Assembly: GCA_035627655.1 (NCBI GenBank)
Contig: DASPLI010000001.1
Location: 601,605-665,604 of the forward strand
Source: Minisyncoccota bacterium
GTDB lineage: Bacteria; Patescibacteriota; Minisyncoccia; Phycocordibacterales; Phycocordibacteraceae
Length of the DNA stretch: 64,000 bases
Direction: 5' to 3'
Shown: positions 10,153 to 18,430 of the stretch, one piece after another
Layout: the number at the start of each line of letters is the position of its first letter
Numbering within the stretch: position 1 is the first letter of the stretch
Program-made: the position numbers and the translations under genes
The notes under the pieces: model-generated
The model's database searches: none
What the model was told of the DNA's origin: nothing
What the model saw: only the letters and a program-made list of their open reading frames with translations

Positions 10153-11106
10153 ATGGAATACCACATCACACTTCCGTCTAAGCCGCGCGTTGTTACTGAA
10201 GAAGGCGTGCAGGGCGTTTACGAGATCGACTCCCTCTACCCAGGGTACGGCCACACGCTTGGCAACTCGCTTCGCCGCATTATTCTTTCCTCGCTTCCGG
10301 GCGCCGCTATCACCGCGGTCAAGATCGAGGACGTTCCGCACGAGTTTGCAACTATGGAAGGCGTGCGCGAATCAGTCATGGAGCTTCTTTTGAACCTCCG
10401 CCGCGTGCATTTTGTGCTGCATGGCGATGAGCCGCAGACCGTCAAGCTCTCGGTAAAGGGTCCGAAGACCGTTACGGCAGGCGATATTACGCTTCCAAGC
10501 CAGGTAACGATCGCAAATCCGGACGCCTACCTCTGCGAGATTTCCGGCAAGAACAACCTCGAGCTTGAGGCAACCATCGAGCGCGGCCTCGGCTACGTGC
10601 CGCGCGAGGTGCTTACCAAGGAGAAGGTAGACATCGGCACGATTGCGCTTGATGCAACCTTCACCCCGATCCGCCGCGTGAACTACGAAGTAGAAAACAT
10701 GCGCGTTGGCGATCGCACCGACTTCAACCGCCTGCGCATCCTTATCGAAACCAACGGTACGGTTTCTCCACGCGAGGCACTTGAACGCTCTATCGAGATC
10801 ATGATCCACCAGCTGAAGGCTGTTGTCGGCTTCCAGGAGGAAACTGAGACTGCTTCAGTCGAAGCTCCGTCTATGGACATGAGCGATGCTGGCGAGGCAA
10901 AGGATGCTTCCAAGCTCAAGATTGACGAGCTTGGTCTTTCCACCCGCACCGCGTCTGCGCTTGCCGAAGGCGGCGTCAAGACCGTTGCTGGCCTGCTTCG
11001 CAAGACCGCAAGCTCTCTCAAGGAGCTTGATGGCGTCGGCGACAAGGCGATCGATGAGATCACCGAGGCGCTTTCGAAGCTTGGTCTTGAATTGAAGGGC
11101 GAATAA
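10153..11106 (+). CDS. rpoA: DNA-directed RNA polymerase alpha subunit
   Basis: 317 aa, [29 protein letters not shown]. Confidence 0.9.
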   Translation: [317 protein letters not shown]

Positions 11107-11114
11107 TCACACGT

Positions 11115-11465
11115 ATGCGACACCACAAGAAAGGACGAACACTTGGACGGCCCCGCGACCAGCGGACTGCACTCATGAAGTCGCTCATGAGGTCTTTGAT
11201 CGTGCACGAGCGCATTTCTACGACCGAGGCGAAAGCCAAGGAGATGCGCCCGATGATCGAGAAGCTCGTGACCCGCGCACGCGTGGACACGGTTGCAAAC
11301 CGCCGCGTGGTCGCATCCCGTCTTGGGGATGATGCCGCTACGAAGAAGCTCTTCACGGCCATTGCGCCTCGTTATAAGGATCGTTCCGGCGGCTACGTGC
11401 GCATCGTCAAGCGCGCCCCGAAGGCCGATGGTAAGAAAACGGCATACATTGCCTTCGTCTCTTAG
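11115..11465 (+). CDS. rplQ: 50S ribosomal protein L17
   Basis: 116 aa with an L17 signature. Completes the alpha-operon order rpsM-rpsK-rpsD-rpoA-rplQ. Confidence 0.9.
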   Translation: MRHHKKGRTLGRPRDQRTALMKSLMRSLIVHERISTTEAKAKEMRPMIEKLVTRARVDTVANRRVVASRLGDDAATKKLFTAIAPRYKDRSGGYVRIVKRAPKADGKKTAYIAFVS

Positions 11466-11467
11466 GT

Positions 11468-11875
11468 ATGGCAACGTCTACTCGCATGCACAAAGATACC
11501 CGTAACCGTATCGACCACTCAGTCGCTCCGATTGAGTACACGATTGACGCCAAGGGCCGTCCGTTCGGACGCGTCGCCTCTGAGGCTGCATCTGCGCTTC
11601 TGGGAAAGAAGTCGGTGCACTACGTCAAGAACAAGGTCCTTCCGGTGAAGGTCACTATCACGAATGCTTCGAAGGTTGCTATCTCTGAGAAGAAGATGGA
11701 CGCGAACAAGTACCTACGCTACACCGGCTACCCAGGCGGACTCAAGACCCTCACCATGAAGCAGTTTATTGAGAAGAAGGGTGTTGCCGCCGTGCTTCAC
11801 AAGACGGTCGACGGCATGATTCCGCGCAACAAGCTTCGCAAGGAGCGTATGAAGCGCCTTACCATAACCGACTAA
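11468..11875 (+). CDS. rplM: 50S ribosomal protein L13
   Basis: 135 aa, L13. Confidence 0.85.
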   Translation: MATSTRMHKDTRNRIDHSVAPIEYTIDAKGRPFGRVASEAASALLGKKSVHYVKNKVLPVKVTITNASKVAISEKKMDANKYLRYTGYPGGLKTLTMKQFIEKKGVAAVLHKTVDGMIPRNKLRKERMKRLTITD

Positions 11876-11876
11876 T

Positions 11877-12275
11877 ATGCCTGATCTCGCTTACACCACC
11901 GCCGTTGGACGCCGCAAGACCGCGACTGCTCGCGTAAAGCTCACCCCTGCAGGGAAGATGAGCGTAACCGTCAATGGCAAGCCGGGCGACGAGTACTTCA
12001 AGACGCGCGAGCGTCAGCAGGTCACTCGCGACGCTTTCCACGTTGAAGGCGTTGAAGGCACCTACGAAGTCGTTGCCCGCGTTTCTGGTGGCGGTCCGTC
12101 TGCACAGGCTGAGGCAGTCCGCATGGCGATTGCCCGCGCCCTTGAGAAGCGCGATGCAAACCTTCGCAAGGTCCTCAAGACTGCCGGCTACCTCAAGCGC
12201 GACCCTCGTTCTGTTGAGCGCAAGAAGCCGGGTCTGTTGAAGGCTCGCAAGCGACCATCCTGGTCCAAGCGTTAG
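11877..12275 (+). CDS. rpsI: 30S ribosomal protein S9
   Basis: 132 aa with the S9 C-terminal KKPGLLKARKRPSWSKR. Confidence 0.9.
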   Translation: MPDLAYTTAVGRRKTATARVKLTPAGKMSVTVNGKPGDEYFKTRERQQVTRDAFHVEGVEGTYEVVARVSGGGPSAQAEAVRMAIARALEKRDANLRKVLKTAGYLKRDPRSVERKKPGLLKARKRPSWSKR

Positions 12276-12280
12276 TAACG

Positions 12281-12310
12281 AAACCCGCTGTATTGGCGGG
12301 TTTTGTTTGA
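12281..12310 (+). terminator. rho-independent terminator after rpsI
   Basis: AAACCCGCTGTATTGGCGGGTTTTGTTTG: a 7-bp GC stem followed by a T-run. Confidence 0.6.
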
Positions 12311-12320
12311 TAATAAAAAT

Positions 12321-13034
12321 ATGGAAGCAACGACTACAGTTTCAACAGCAGTGATATTTCAATTTGCGCAAGAAATGGCCAGTTTAAACCTTGGCTATCT
12401 TGGAGTTTGCGTGACTATTATTCTATTTGCTGGCGGTTTTTTCTATCTCTTCAATCTAAATCCGATGCAGAAGAAAATAGAAAAATACGAAGAAAAATTG
12501 GATGATCTTGAGACTGAAGTTAATGAAAAGGTTGAGGCCTTTGAACAGCAGTTCCAAAAGATCTCGGAAACTCAATCTGAGGAGTTTAAAGCACTGTTAG
12601 AAGAAACACAGGTTGAGATTCTCAACTCTGAAGAAGATATTCGGAAAAAATATAATGAACTCGAGAGGAAAGTTGAAAATCTTATTACCTCTGGACAAGC
12701 AGATTTGGATGAGATTAAGGGGAAAATTAAAGATTCTGAACTTAATCAAATGTGGTCAGATCATTATATGTGGGGCGCTAGAAAAATAACTGCAAACGTA
12801 ATATTTGTATTGATTCTGCTCATAGACAAGATTCTGGAATACAAAAGACAGGAGTGGAAGATTCGCATGGCCCTCGACAATCTTCTTTCTGCATTGGATG
12901 ACGCTGAAAAGGAAAAACTAAAAGATCAAGAAATGTACAACCATGCCATAATCACATTAGACCAGATTAAGGACCCAGAGGTGGAAGATCTCACAAAGAA
13001 GGTTAGAGACAGGTTCGAAGTAATAAAGGAATGA
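12321..13034 (+). CDS. coiled-coil membrane protein encoded in a low-GC island (hypothetical)
   Basis: ~237 aa from the ATG at 12321 (the track ORF begins at a TTG at 12303). Two TM segments plus long Glu/Lys-rich heptad-like stretches. Local GC is roughly 35-40% against ~60% in the flanks. Confidence 0.55.
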   Translation: MEATTTVSTAVIFQFAQEMASLNLGYLGVCVTIILFAGGFFYLFNLNPMQKKIEKYEEKLDDLETEVNEKVEAFEQQFQKISETQSEEFKALLEETQVEILNSEEDIRKKYNELERKVENLITSGQADLDEIKGKIKDSELNQMWSDHYMWGARKITANVIFVLILLIDKILEYKRQEWKIRMALDNLLSALDDAEKEKLKDQEMYNHAIITLDQIKDPEVEDLTKKVRDRFEVIKE

Positions 13035-13039
13035 TAATT

Positions 13040-13068
13040 TTGACTCCCTCCGTCACTTCAGGCATATT
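13040..13068 (+). promoter_or_regulatory. putative sigma70-like promoter of grpE (near-leaderless)
   Basis: TTGACT, a 17-nt spacer, then CATATT ending ~6 nt before the grpE ATG. No SD. Confidence 0.3.
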
Positions 13069-13074
13069 TTATGC

Positions 13075-13596
13075 ATGGATAACGACGATGTCGTCATTGA
13101 ATCTGACGGTTCCGAAGAGCTCGGGACTGATGTAAAGGATAAGTCCGCCAAGCTGAAGGCGGATATCGAGCAGCTTCGCAAAGAAAAGCAGGAGTATCTT
13201 GATGGCTGGCAACGTGCCAAGGCTGATTACGTCAACGCACTGAAGCGCTTTGAGGAAGAGAAGAAGGGGGCGCTTGAGCTTGGAAAGATCCTTTCCGTAC
13301 AGTCCTTCCTTCCGGCTATGGATTCCTTAGATCGCGCAGAAGCAGCGGGGGAGATTCCGGAAGCCTTCCAGGGTATCGCTAAGCAGCTCCATACTGCTGC
13401 AAAGGAACTTGGTCTTGAGAAGTTCGGTGCAGCAGGCGATACGTTCGATCCCGCACTCCACGAAGCGCTCGGCCAGGATCCGACCGATGACAAGAACAAG
13501 GACGACACTATCACCGTCGTTCTAGAGCCAGGCTGGAAGTCCAAGGAATTGGTCGTCCGTCCCGCGAAGGTGCGCGTCGCGCATTTTGAAGGCTAA
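13075..13596 (+). CDS. grpE: nucleotide exchange factor GrpE
   Basis: 173 aa. Coiled-coil N-terminus and the C-terminal GrpE core (LRKEKQEYLDGWQRAKADYVNALKR...). Confidence 0.85.
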   Translation: MDNDDVVIESDGSEELGTDVKDKSAKLKADIEQLRKEKQEYLDGWQRAKADYVNALKRFEEEKKGALELGKILSVQSFLPAMDSLDRAEAAGEIPEAFQGIAKQLHTAAKELGLEKFGAAGDTFDPALHEALGQDPTDDKNKDDTITVVLEPGWKSKELVVRPAKVRVAHFEG

Positions 13597-13654
13597 GGCT
13601 ATCCACTTGAAAGCGAGAATGGGAGGTATATAGTGCCTTCCGGAGGAGTAGGAA

Positions 13655-13948
13655 ATGAGCAAAGTATTGCTTTTGCTTCTTGCCATCTGGCTAACCATTT
13701 CGCTCATGCAGGTCGCACGAACGCGAGTTCGGGACTGGCGGCATTCCCGCTATGTCATAGCGAGCGTTCCGCGCGGACGTCGCATGAACCCCGAACAGAT
13801 CTGCGATCTCGTGCTGCGCCGCTACCCGCGCGCGCAAACGTTCCTCATCCGCCGAGCCATCAAACGGCTCTGCGAGAAAGGACGATTCACGAGCGAGGAG
13901 TTCAGCCAGTTTGGACTGCCGCGCGGACCCTATATCCGCATCGGCTAA
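13655..13948 (+). CDS. small hypothetical protein, N-terminal TM plus basic winged-helix-like C-terminus
   Basis: 97 aa. LVLRRYPRAQTFLIRRAIKRLCEKGRFTSEE resembles a wHTH recognition region. TAA at 13946-13948 overlaps the hairpin element. Confidence 0.35.
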   Translation: MSKVLLLLLAIWLTISLMQVARTRVRDWRHSRYVIASVPRGRRMNPEQICDLVLRRYPRAQTFLIRRAIKRLCEKGRFTSEEFSQFGLPRGPYIRIG

Positions 13949-13980
13949 AGACAACGGCCCGCATCTGCGCGGGCCGTTCG
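13947..13980. repeat. stop-codon-abutting hairpin element / intrinsic terminator (family A, copy 1)
   Basis: AAGACAACGGCCCGCATCTGCGCGGGCCGTTCG. It is near-identical to the 14877-14909 copy. Confidence 0.6.
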
Positions 13981-14044
13981 TTGTACACAACAGTTTTAGA
14001 TTCACCTATGCCGCTGCCAGTACAATCGGAAATGGAGGAGTGCG

Positions 14045-14362
14045 GTGATGATTCCTAAAATCACGCTGCCATTCCTGGCACGGTTGCTCTGCGCAACCAT
14101 GCTTGGCGTGGGGTTGGGTCTATTGGCGGTGGAATTCGATGTGCGAACGCATCGCAAAGACATGCACCAACGGCTACGGACAGGCGTGGTAAGTGATACG
14201 CCTGAAATGCATTACTTTCATAAAGAAGTGCCAGGAATCGGTGCAACAATGTACCTATTTCCGGCCGCAAAGGAGCTACCTCCGGTCTGCCGGGACGGAC
14301 TCTACGCAGATATGGGAACGGGACGTGATGGGCGACATCTGTACGCCTGCACCAGTCCCTAG
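14045..14362 (+). CDS. hypothetical small membrane protein (weak call)
   Basis: 105-aa ORF with one TM-like segment between the two hairpin copies. No clear RBS. Confidence 0.2.
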   Translation: MMIPKITLPFLARLLCATMLGVGLGLLAVEFDVRTHRKDMHQRLRTGVVSDTPEMHYFHKEVPGIGATMYLFPAAKELPPVCRDGLYADMGTGRDGRHLYACTSP

Positions 14363-14464
14363 CATGCCCATGGCCGCCGGATACCTATTCGGCGGCTTTG
14401 CGTTGGTTGCCAGATTACAGAAAGCAGGTAGTATGCCCACCGGAACACAGAGAAAGGGAAACCC

Positions 14465-14878
14465 ATGGCTGATTCATGGTCCTGTTTGTACGTTGAGAAC
14501 GGACCCGGAATGATCGATGACAACGTTCGCTGCGCGATCAAGATGGCCGCCTGCCGGCTGTTCTTGAAAAAGCAGGAGTATCTGTTGTTTGAGACCGATA
14601 CGTGCGGCGGCGTGATCCAGACTACGTGGGAGCACAAACGACTCTTTGCCGTCGCGGGCTTTCTGTTTCGGACGGAAGTTACGTTTGAGGACTACGTCGA
14701 CTACAAGGTCAACTTCCTGATTAGCGAAGGAGACCTGCAACGCGGCGCCAAGCTCCTTGAGCGTAACGAAGAAGAGGGCATGGACGCCTATGTCGGCGTC
14801 AATGTCCCGTTCCGTCTCCCACTTGCTGATGTCTATCAGTTTAAGGATCTGTCCTTTCGTGGCCAGCACCTCAACTAA
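14465..14878 (+). CDS. hypothetical protein
   Basis: 137 aa with a weak AGGGAAA SD. TAA at 14876-14878 overlaps hairpin copy 2. Confidence 0.4.
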   Translation: MADSWSCLYVENGPGMIDDNVRCAIKMAACRLFLKKQEYLLFETDTCGGVIQTTWEHKRLFAVAGFLFRTEVTFEDYVDYKVNFLISEGDLQRGAKLLERNEEEGMDAYVGVNVPFRLPLADVYQFKDLSFRGQHLN

Positions 14879-14909
14879 GACGACGGCCCGCGCTTGCGCG
14901 GGCCGTTTT
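14877..14909. repeat. stop-codon-abutting hairpin element / intrinsic terminator (family A, copy 2)
   Basis: AAGACGACGGCCCGCGCTTGCGCGGGCCGTTTT. Confidence 0.6.
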
Positions 14910-14918
14910 CCGTCACAC

Positions 14919-14946
14919 TTGAAAGTCATCTTTCCGTGCGTACAAT
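14919..14946 (+). promoter_or_regulatory. putative sigma70-like promoter of dnaK
   Basis: TTGAAA, a 16-nt spacer, then TACAAT, ~60 nt upstream of the dnaK ATG. No CIRCE inverted repeat was found. Confidence 0.35.
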
Positions 14947-15005
14947 AGGGGGTAACGGGCTTTGGGCCATTTTTTACTAGACAGTAACTACTCAGGCTTT
15001 TCTCT

Positions 15006-16889
15006 ATGGCAAAGATACTCGGTATCGATCTTGGAACGACCAACTCCGCCATGGCCATCATGGAGGGCGGTGAGCCGCGCGTCCTTGAAAACGCAGAAGG
15101 CGGACGCACCACACCATCGGTCGTAGCTATCGCAAAGAACGGCGAGCGACTCGTCGGCACACTCGCAAAGCGTCAGGCGGTCACAAACCCTAAGAACACC
15201 ATCTACGGCATCAAGCGCTTCATGGGTCACCGCTTCAAGGATGATGCGGTGCAGCGCGATAAAGGCATTGTTCCGTACGAAGTGAAGGAAGGGCCAGATG
15301 GCGGCGTTACCGTACACCTGGGAGACAAGGACTATCGTCCGGAAGAAATCTCCGCGATGATCCTCGGCAAGCTCAAGGCTGATGCCGAGAAGAAGCTTGG
15401 TGAGACGATCACCGAAGCCATCATCACGGTGCCGGCATACTTCGATGACGCGCAGCGTGCAGCAACCAAGGCTGCCGGACAGATTGCCGGTCTTGAGGTG
15501 AAGCGCATCATCAACGAGCCGACCGCAGCCGCGCTTGCCTACGGTTTCAACAAGAAGAAGGATGAGAAGATCGTCGTATTCGACTTCGGCGGCGGCACCT
15601 TCGACGTCTCTGTGCTTGAAGTAGGGGACGACGTCATTGAAGTGAAGTCGACTGACGGCGACTCGCATATGGGCGGCCGCGATATCGACCAGAAGATCGT
15701 CCGCTGGCTTGCGGATGAGTTTAAGAAACAGAGTGGTCTTGATGTGACCAAAGATCCGCTTGCGCTCCAGCGCCTGGATGAGGCAGCAGAGAAAGCGAAG
15801 CACGAGCTCTCGTCAGCAACGGAGACAGAAGCAAACATTCCGTTCATCACCGTTGGCGCAGACGGCACGCCGCAGCACCTCTTGATCAAGATTTCCCGCG
15901 CAACGCTTGAGTCGCTTGCGGAGGAGTATGTTACGCGCTCGATTGATATCACCAAGCGCGCGCTTGAGGCAGCCGGCATGAAGGCAAGCGATATCAACGA
16001 AGTCATTCTCGTTGGCGGCCAGACGCGCATGCCGATGATTCAGGACCAGGTAAAGACGCTCTTTGGTAAAGAACCGCACCGCGACGTGAACCCAGACGAA
16101 GTAGTCGCTATTGGTGCGGCGATCCAGGCCGGTATTCTCCAGGGCGACGTCAAAGACATTCTTCTTGTGGACGTTATTCCGCTCTCGCTCTCCATTGAGA
16201 CGATGGGCGGCGTTGCAACGAAGCTCATCGAGCGCAACACGGCCGTGCCAACGTCGCGCAGCCAGACATTCTCGACAGCATCGGATAACCAAACTTCGGT
16301 AGAGATCCATGTCACACAGGGCGAACGTGCTATGGCGACAGACAACAAGTCGCTTGGACGCTTCAACCTTGATGGCATTCCGCCAGCGCCGCGCGGCATG
16401 CCGCAGATTGAGGTGACCTTCGACGTCGACTCAAACGGCATCCTGACCGTGAAAGCGAAAGAGAAGACGACCGGCAAAGAACAGTCCATCCGCATTGAGG
16501 GATCGACGGGCCTTTCTGAAGCAGATATCGAGCGCATGAAGAAGGATGCGGAAGCGCATGCTGCAGAAGATGCAAAGCGCAAGGAGCTCGTCGACACCAA
16601 GAATATTGCCGAGCAGCTCATCTACACTGCGGAGAAGGCGCTCAAGGATAACGGCGACAAGATCGGAGATGACATCAAGAAGGATGTCGAAGATAAGATC
16701 GGCGACCTGCGAAAAGCCCGGGAAGGGGAGGACGTCGGGACTATTAAGGCTGCAGCCGAAGCACTTTCGGCGTCCACGCAGAAGATCGGCGAGACCATGG
16801 CTCAGGCGCAAAACCAGGGAGAGCAACCGCCTCCGCCGCCAGATTCTGGAGCGGCCGATGCGGAGTTTACCGAGAAGCCAAAAGAGTAA
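15006..16889 (+). CDS. dnaK: molecular chaperone DnaK (Hsp70)
   Basis: 627 aa with canonical Hsp70 motifs: [24 protein letters not shown] and a C-terminal acidic tail. Confidence 0.95.
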   Translation: MAKILGIDLGTTNSAMAIMEGGEPRVLENAEGGRTTPSVVAIAKNGERLVGTLAKRQAVTNPKNTIYGIKRFMGHRFKDDAVQRDKGIVPYEVKEGPDGGVTVHLGDKDYRPEEISAMILGKLKADAEKKLGETITEAIITVPAYFDDAQRAATKAAGQIAGLEVKRIINEPTAAALAYGFNKKKDEKIVVFDFGGGTFDVSVLEVGDDVIEVKSTDGDSHMGGRDIDQKIVRWLADEFKKQSGLDVTKDPLALQRLDEAAEKAKHELSSATETEANIPFITVGADGTPQHLLIKISRATLESLAEEYVTRSIDITKRALEAAGMKASDINEVILVGGQTRMPMIQDQVKTLFGKEPHRDVNPDEVVAIGAAIQAGILQGDVKDILLVDVIPLSLSIETMGGVATKLIERNTAVPTSRSQTFSTASDNQTSVEIHVTQGERAMATDNKSLGRFNLDGIPPAPRGMPQIEVTFDVDSNGILTVKAKEKTTGKEQSIRIEGSTGLSEADIERMKKDAEAHAAEDAKRKELVDTKNIAEQLIYTAEKALKDNGDKIGDDIKKDVEDKIGDLRKAREGEDVGTIKAAAEALSASTQKIGETMAQAQNQGEQPPPPPDSGAADAEFTEKPKE

Positions 16890-16900
16890 GGAAATACGCC

Positions 16901-16935
16901 AAATTCCCGCCACGAAACACTGCTGGCGGGAATTT
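16901..16935 (+). terminator. rho-independent terminator after dnaK
   Basis: AAATTCCCGCCACGAAACACTGCTGGCGGGAATTT (11-bp stem). Confidence 0.6.
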
Positions 16936-16962
16936 GACTTTTGTCAACTTTCATAGCAATAT
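16934..16962 (+). promoter_or_regulatory. putative promoter of the Ubl-conjugation cassette
   Basis: TTGACT, a 17-nt spacer, then CAATAT immediately after the dnaK terminator. Confidence 0.3.
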
Positions 16963-17030
16963 CACTCCCAGACGACGGCCACAAACTGTCGGCTAGTTAC
17001 GAGTTCTCTGACAATGAAAGGAGCTACGTA

Positions 17031-18419
17031 ATGGGTTTATTCGGACCCGGAAAACGTGAGCGAGCAATCCAGCGAGAGATGGAAGACGACCTGCTCTATA
17101 TGCGGGCCGCCTCGGAAACGAGGAAAGTCATTCTCGACAAGCTCGTCAGCTACACCGACCTCGTGACGCAGGGCATCGCTGTCTTGCACACGCAAACGGT
17201 GCAGTCGGTACAAACAGCACTAACGACTTGGTTCCAAGACCGGCTTCAACCACTGAAGTCGGCGATTGCGGGCCGAGTCCAAGCACGTCTACAAGCGGCG
17301 CAGGACAAAAACCTGCGTACCTTGATGTCCAAACGCGCTGATGCCTATCGTCAGCAGGTCATCAAGCAGATCGGCGCGGAGGGAGCGGAAATCTTCCATA
17401 AGCACGTCATGTCGCGTATGGCAGATCTGCTCTACAGCATCCGCACTGAATACGAAGCGAAGCGCTTCGGGCTTACGACGGGAACGGAAGCACTTCCTCC
17501 GGGAACGCGCTTTCTTTTCCAACGGCCCGGCCATCGACGCCACTACATCATTGAACAGGCGCCGACGGTTCGCGCAGTTCGCTTCGGTCAAAGCGGATAC
17601 GAAAGTTCGTATCGGTACCACTCACTGGCATTCCCGTATGTGGTGTTTCTGGTCATCATCAGTGAAAACGACTTTGAGGCGATGTACGTGTTTTTCCGTA
17701 CAAAGCCGCTGTCGACGATCAACGATGACCTATACATCCCGGCACTGCCAAACCTGAGCAGTTCATCGCTTGGGGTGTGCACCGGCACCATGCTTGAAGG
17801 TGTGGATCAGCCAGGACCCTGCGGTCTCCGCGTCATGCGGGCGATCGAAGCGTTCTGGAACAGTGGTTTCAATGACCACTGGACCCACTTCCTGCGCAAC
17901 TACAATGTGCAAGAACCCCGTCTCGCATCGCTTGCGGAGTGGGAGCGGCAAAGTAAGAAAGATCCTAACTTTGTCCTCTCTGTTCCGTGGATACCGGCGG
18001 GCAAGACGCTTGCTGGACATGTCCATCATCTTCTCCAAGGCACCGAAACCGGCAACGGCGTGGTGATGACTGGGGAAGAAGCAGACGTACGAGTGCGAGC
18101 AATCAGCGAACGAGTCGCAAAAGACGCAATGGAAACGGCCGCTGGCCTGATCCCGCGTCTCCCGGTCGATATGATCGGCGACGAAGTGCTCGTTGATATA
18201 CTCTCGACTGCGATTCGAGAGAGTGTCGCGGAGGTCAATACATGCCTTTCTGAAAGCATGGATGGACTCTTCGCCGATCCTCCCTCGTTCGAACTGGTCA
18301 ACGAGCAGGCAGGAGCCCTTCGGGCCCAACTGCTTGCTGAAGCTGACAAAAAAGTCGGCTGGACTGGCATCATTGCGCCACCCGGCTATCAACAATCCCA
18401 AAGCCGCCGCGCGGCCTAA
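17031..18419 (+). CDS. multi-domain E2/UBC-like protein (ubiquitin-conjugating enzyme-like core between extra N- and C-terminal regions)
   Basis: GAAAGGAG SD 7 nt before the ATG at 17031 (the track ORF starts in frame at 16941). Mid-protein ...YIPALPNLSSSSLGVCTGTML fits the UBC active-site pattern [H/L]PN-x(4-6)-G-x-[IV]-C with the Cys codon at 17778-17780. A beta-meander-like stretch (YIIEQAPTVRAVRF...FPYVVFLVIIS) precedes it. Confidence 0.55.
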   Translation: MGLFGPGKRERAIQREMEDDLLYMRAASETRKVILDKLVSYTDLVTQGIAVLHTQTVQSVQTALTTWFQDRLQPLKSAIAGRVQARLQAAQDKNLRTLMSKRADAYRQQVIKQIGAEGAEIFHKHVMSRMADLLYSIRTEYEAKRFGLTTGTEALPPGTRFLFQRPGHRRHYIIEQAPTVRAVRFGQSGYESSYRYHSLAFPYVVFLVIISENDFEAMYVFFRTKPLSTINDDLYIPALPNLSSSSLGVCTGTMLEGVDQPGPCGLRVMRAIEAFWNSGFNDHWTHFLRNYNVQEPRLASLAEWERQSKKDPNFVLSVPWIPAGKTLAGHVHHLLQGTETGNGVVMTGEEADVRVRAISERVAKDAMETAAGLIPRLPVDMIGDEVLVDILSTAIRESVAEVNTCLSESMDGLFADPPSFELVNEQAGALRAQLLAEADKKVGWTGIIAPPGYQQSQSRRAA

Positions 18420-18430
18420 GGAGGACTGGA

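Noticed and set aside
9121-11474. Minus-strand ORFs (9121..9657, 9293..9868, 10683..11474) and alternative plus-frame ORFs over the r-protein/rpoA block
   Set aside because: They overlap highly conserved ribosomal and RNAP genes in other frames. Composition is biased. They are high-GC shadow ORFs.
12900-15010. CIRCE (HrcA operator) upstream of grpE, dnaK or dnaJ
   Set aside because: Searched for TTAGCACTC-N9-GAGTGCTAA-like inverted repeats and found none. Only generic -35/-10 hexamers are present.
15539-16913. Several 160-190-aa minus-strand ORFs (15539..16030, 15813..16310, 16040..16621, 16431..16913) inside dnaK
   Set aside because: They are antisense to a near-certain dnaK and have Arg/Ser/Cys-rich junk composition.
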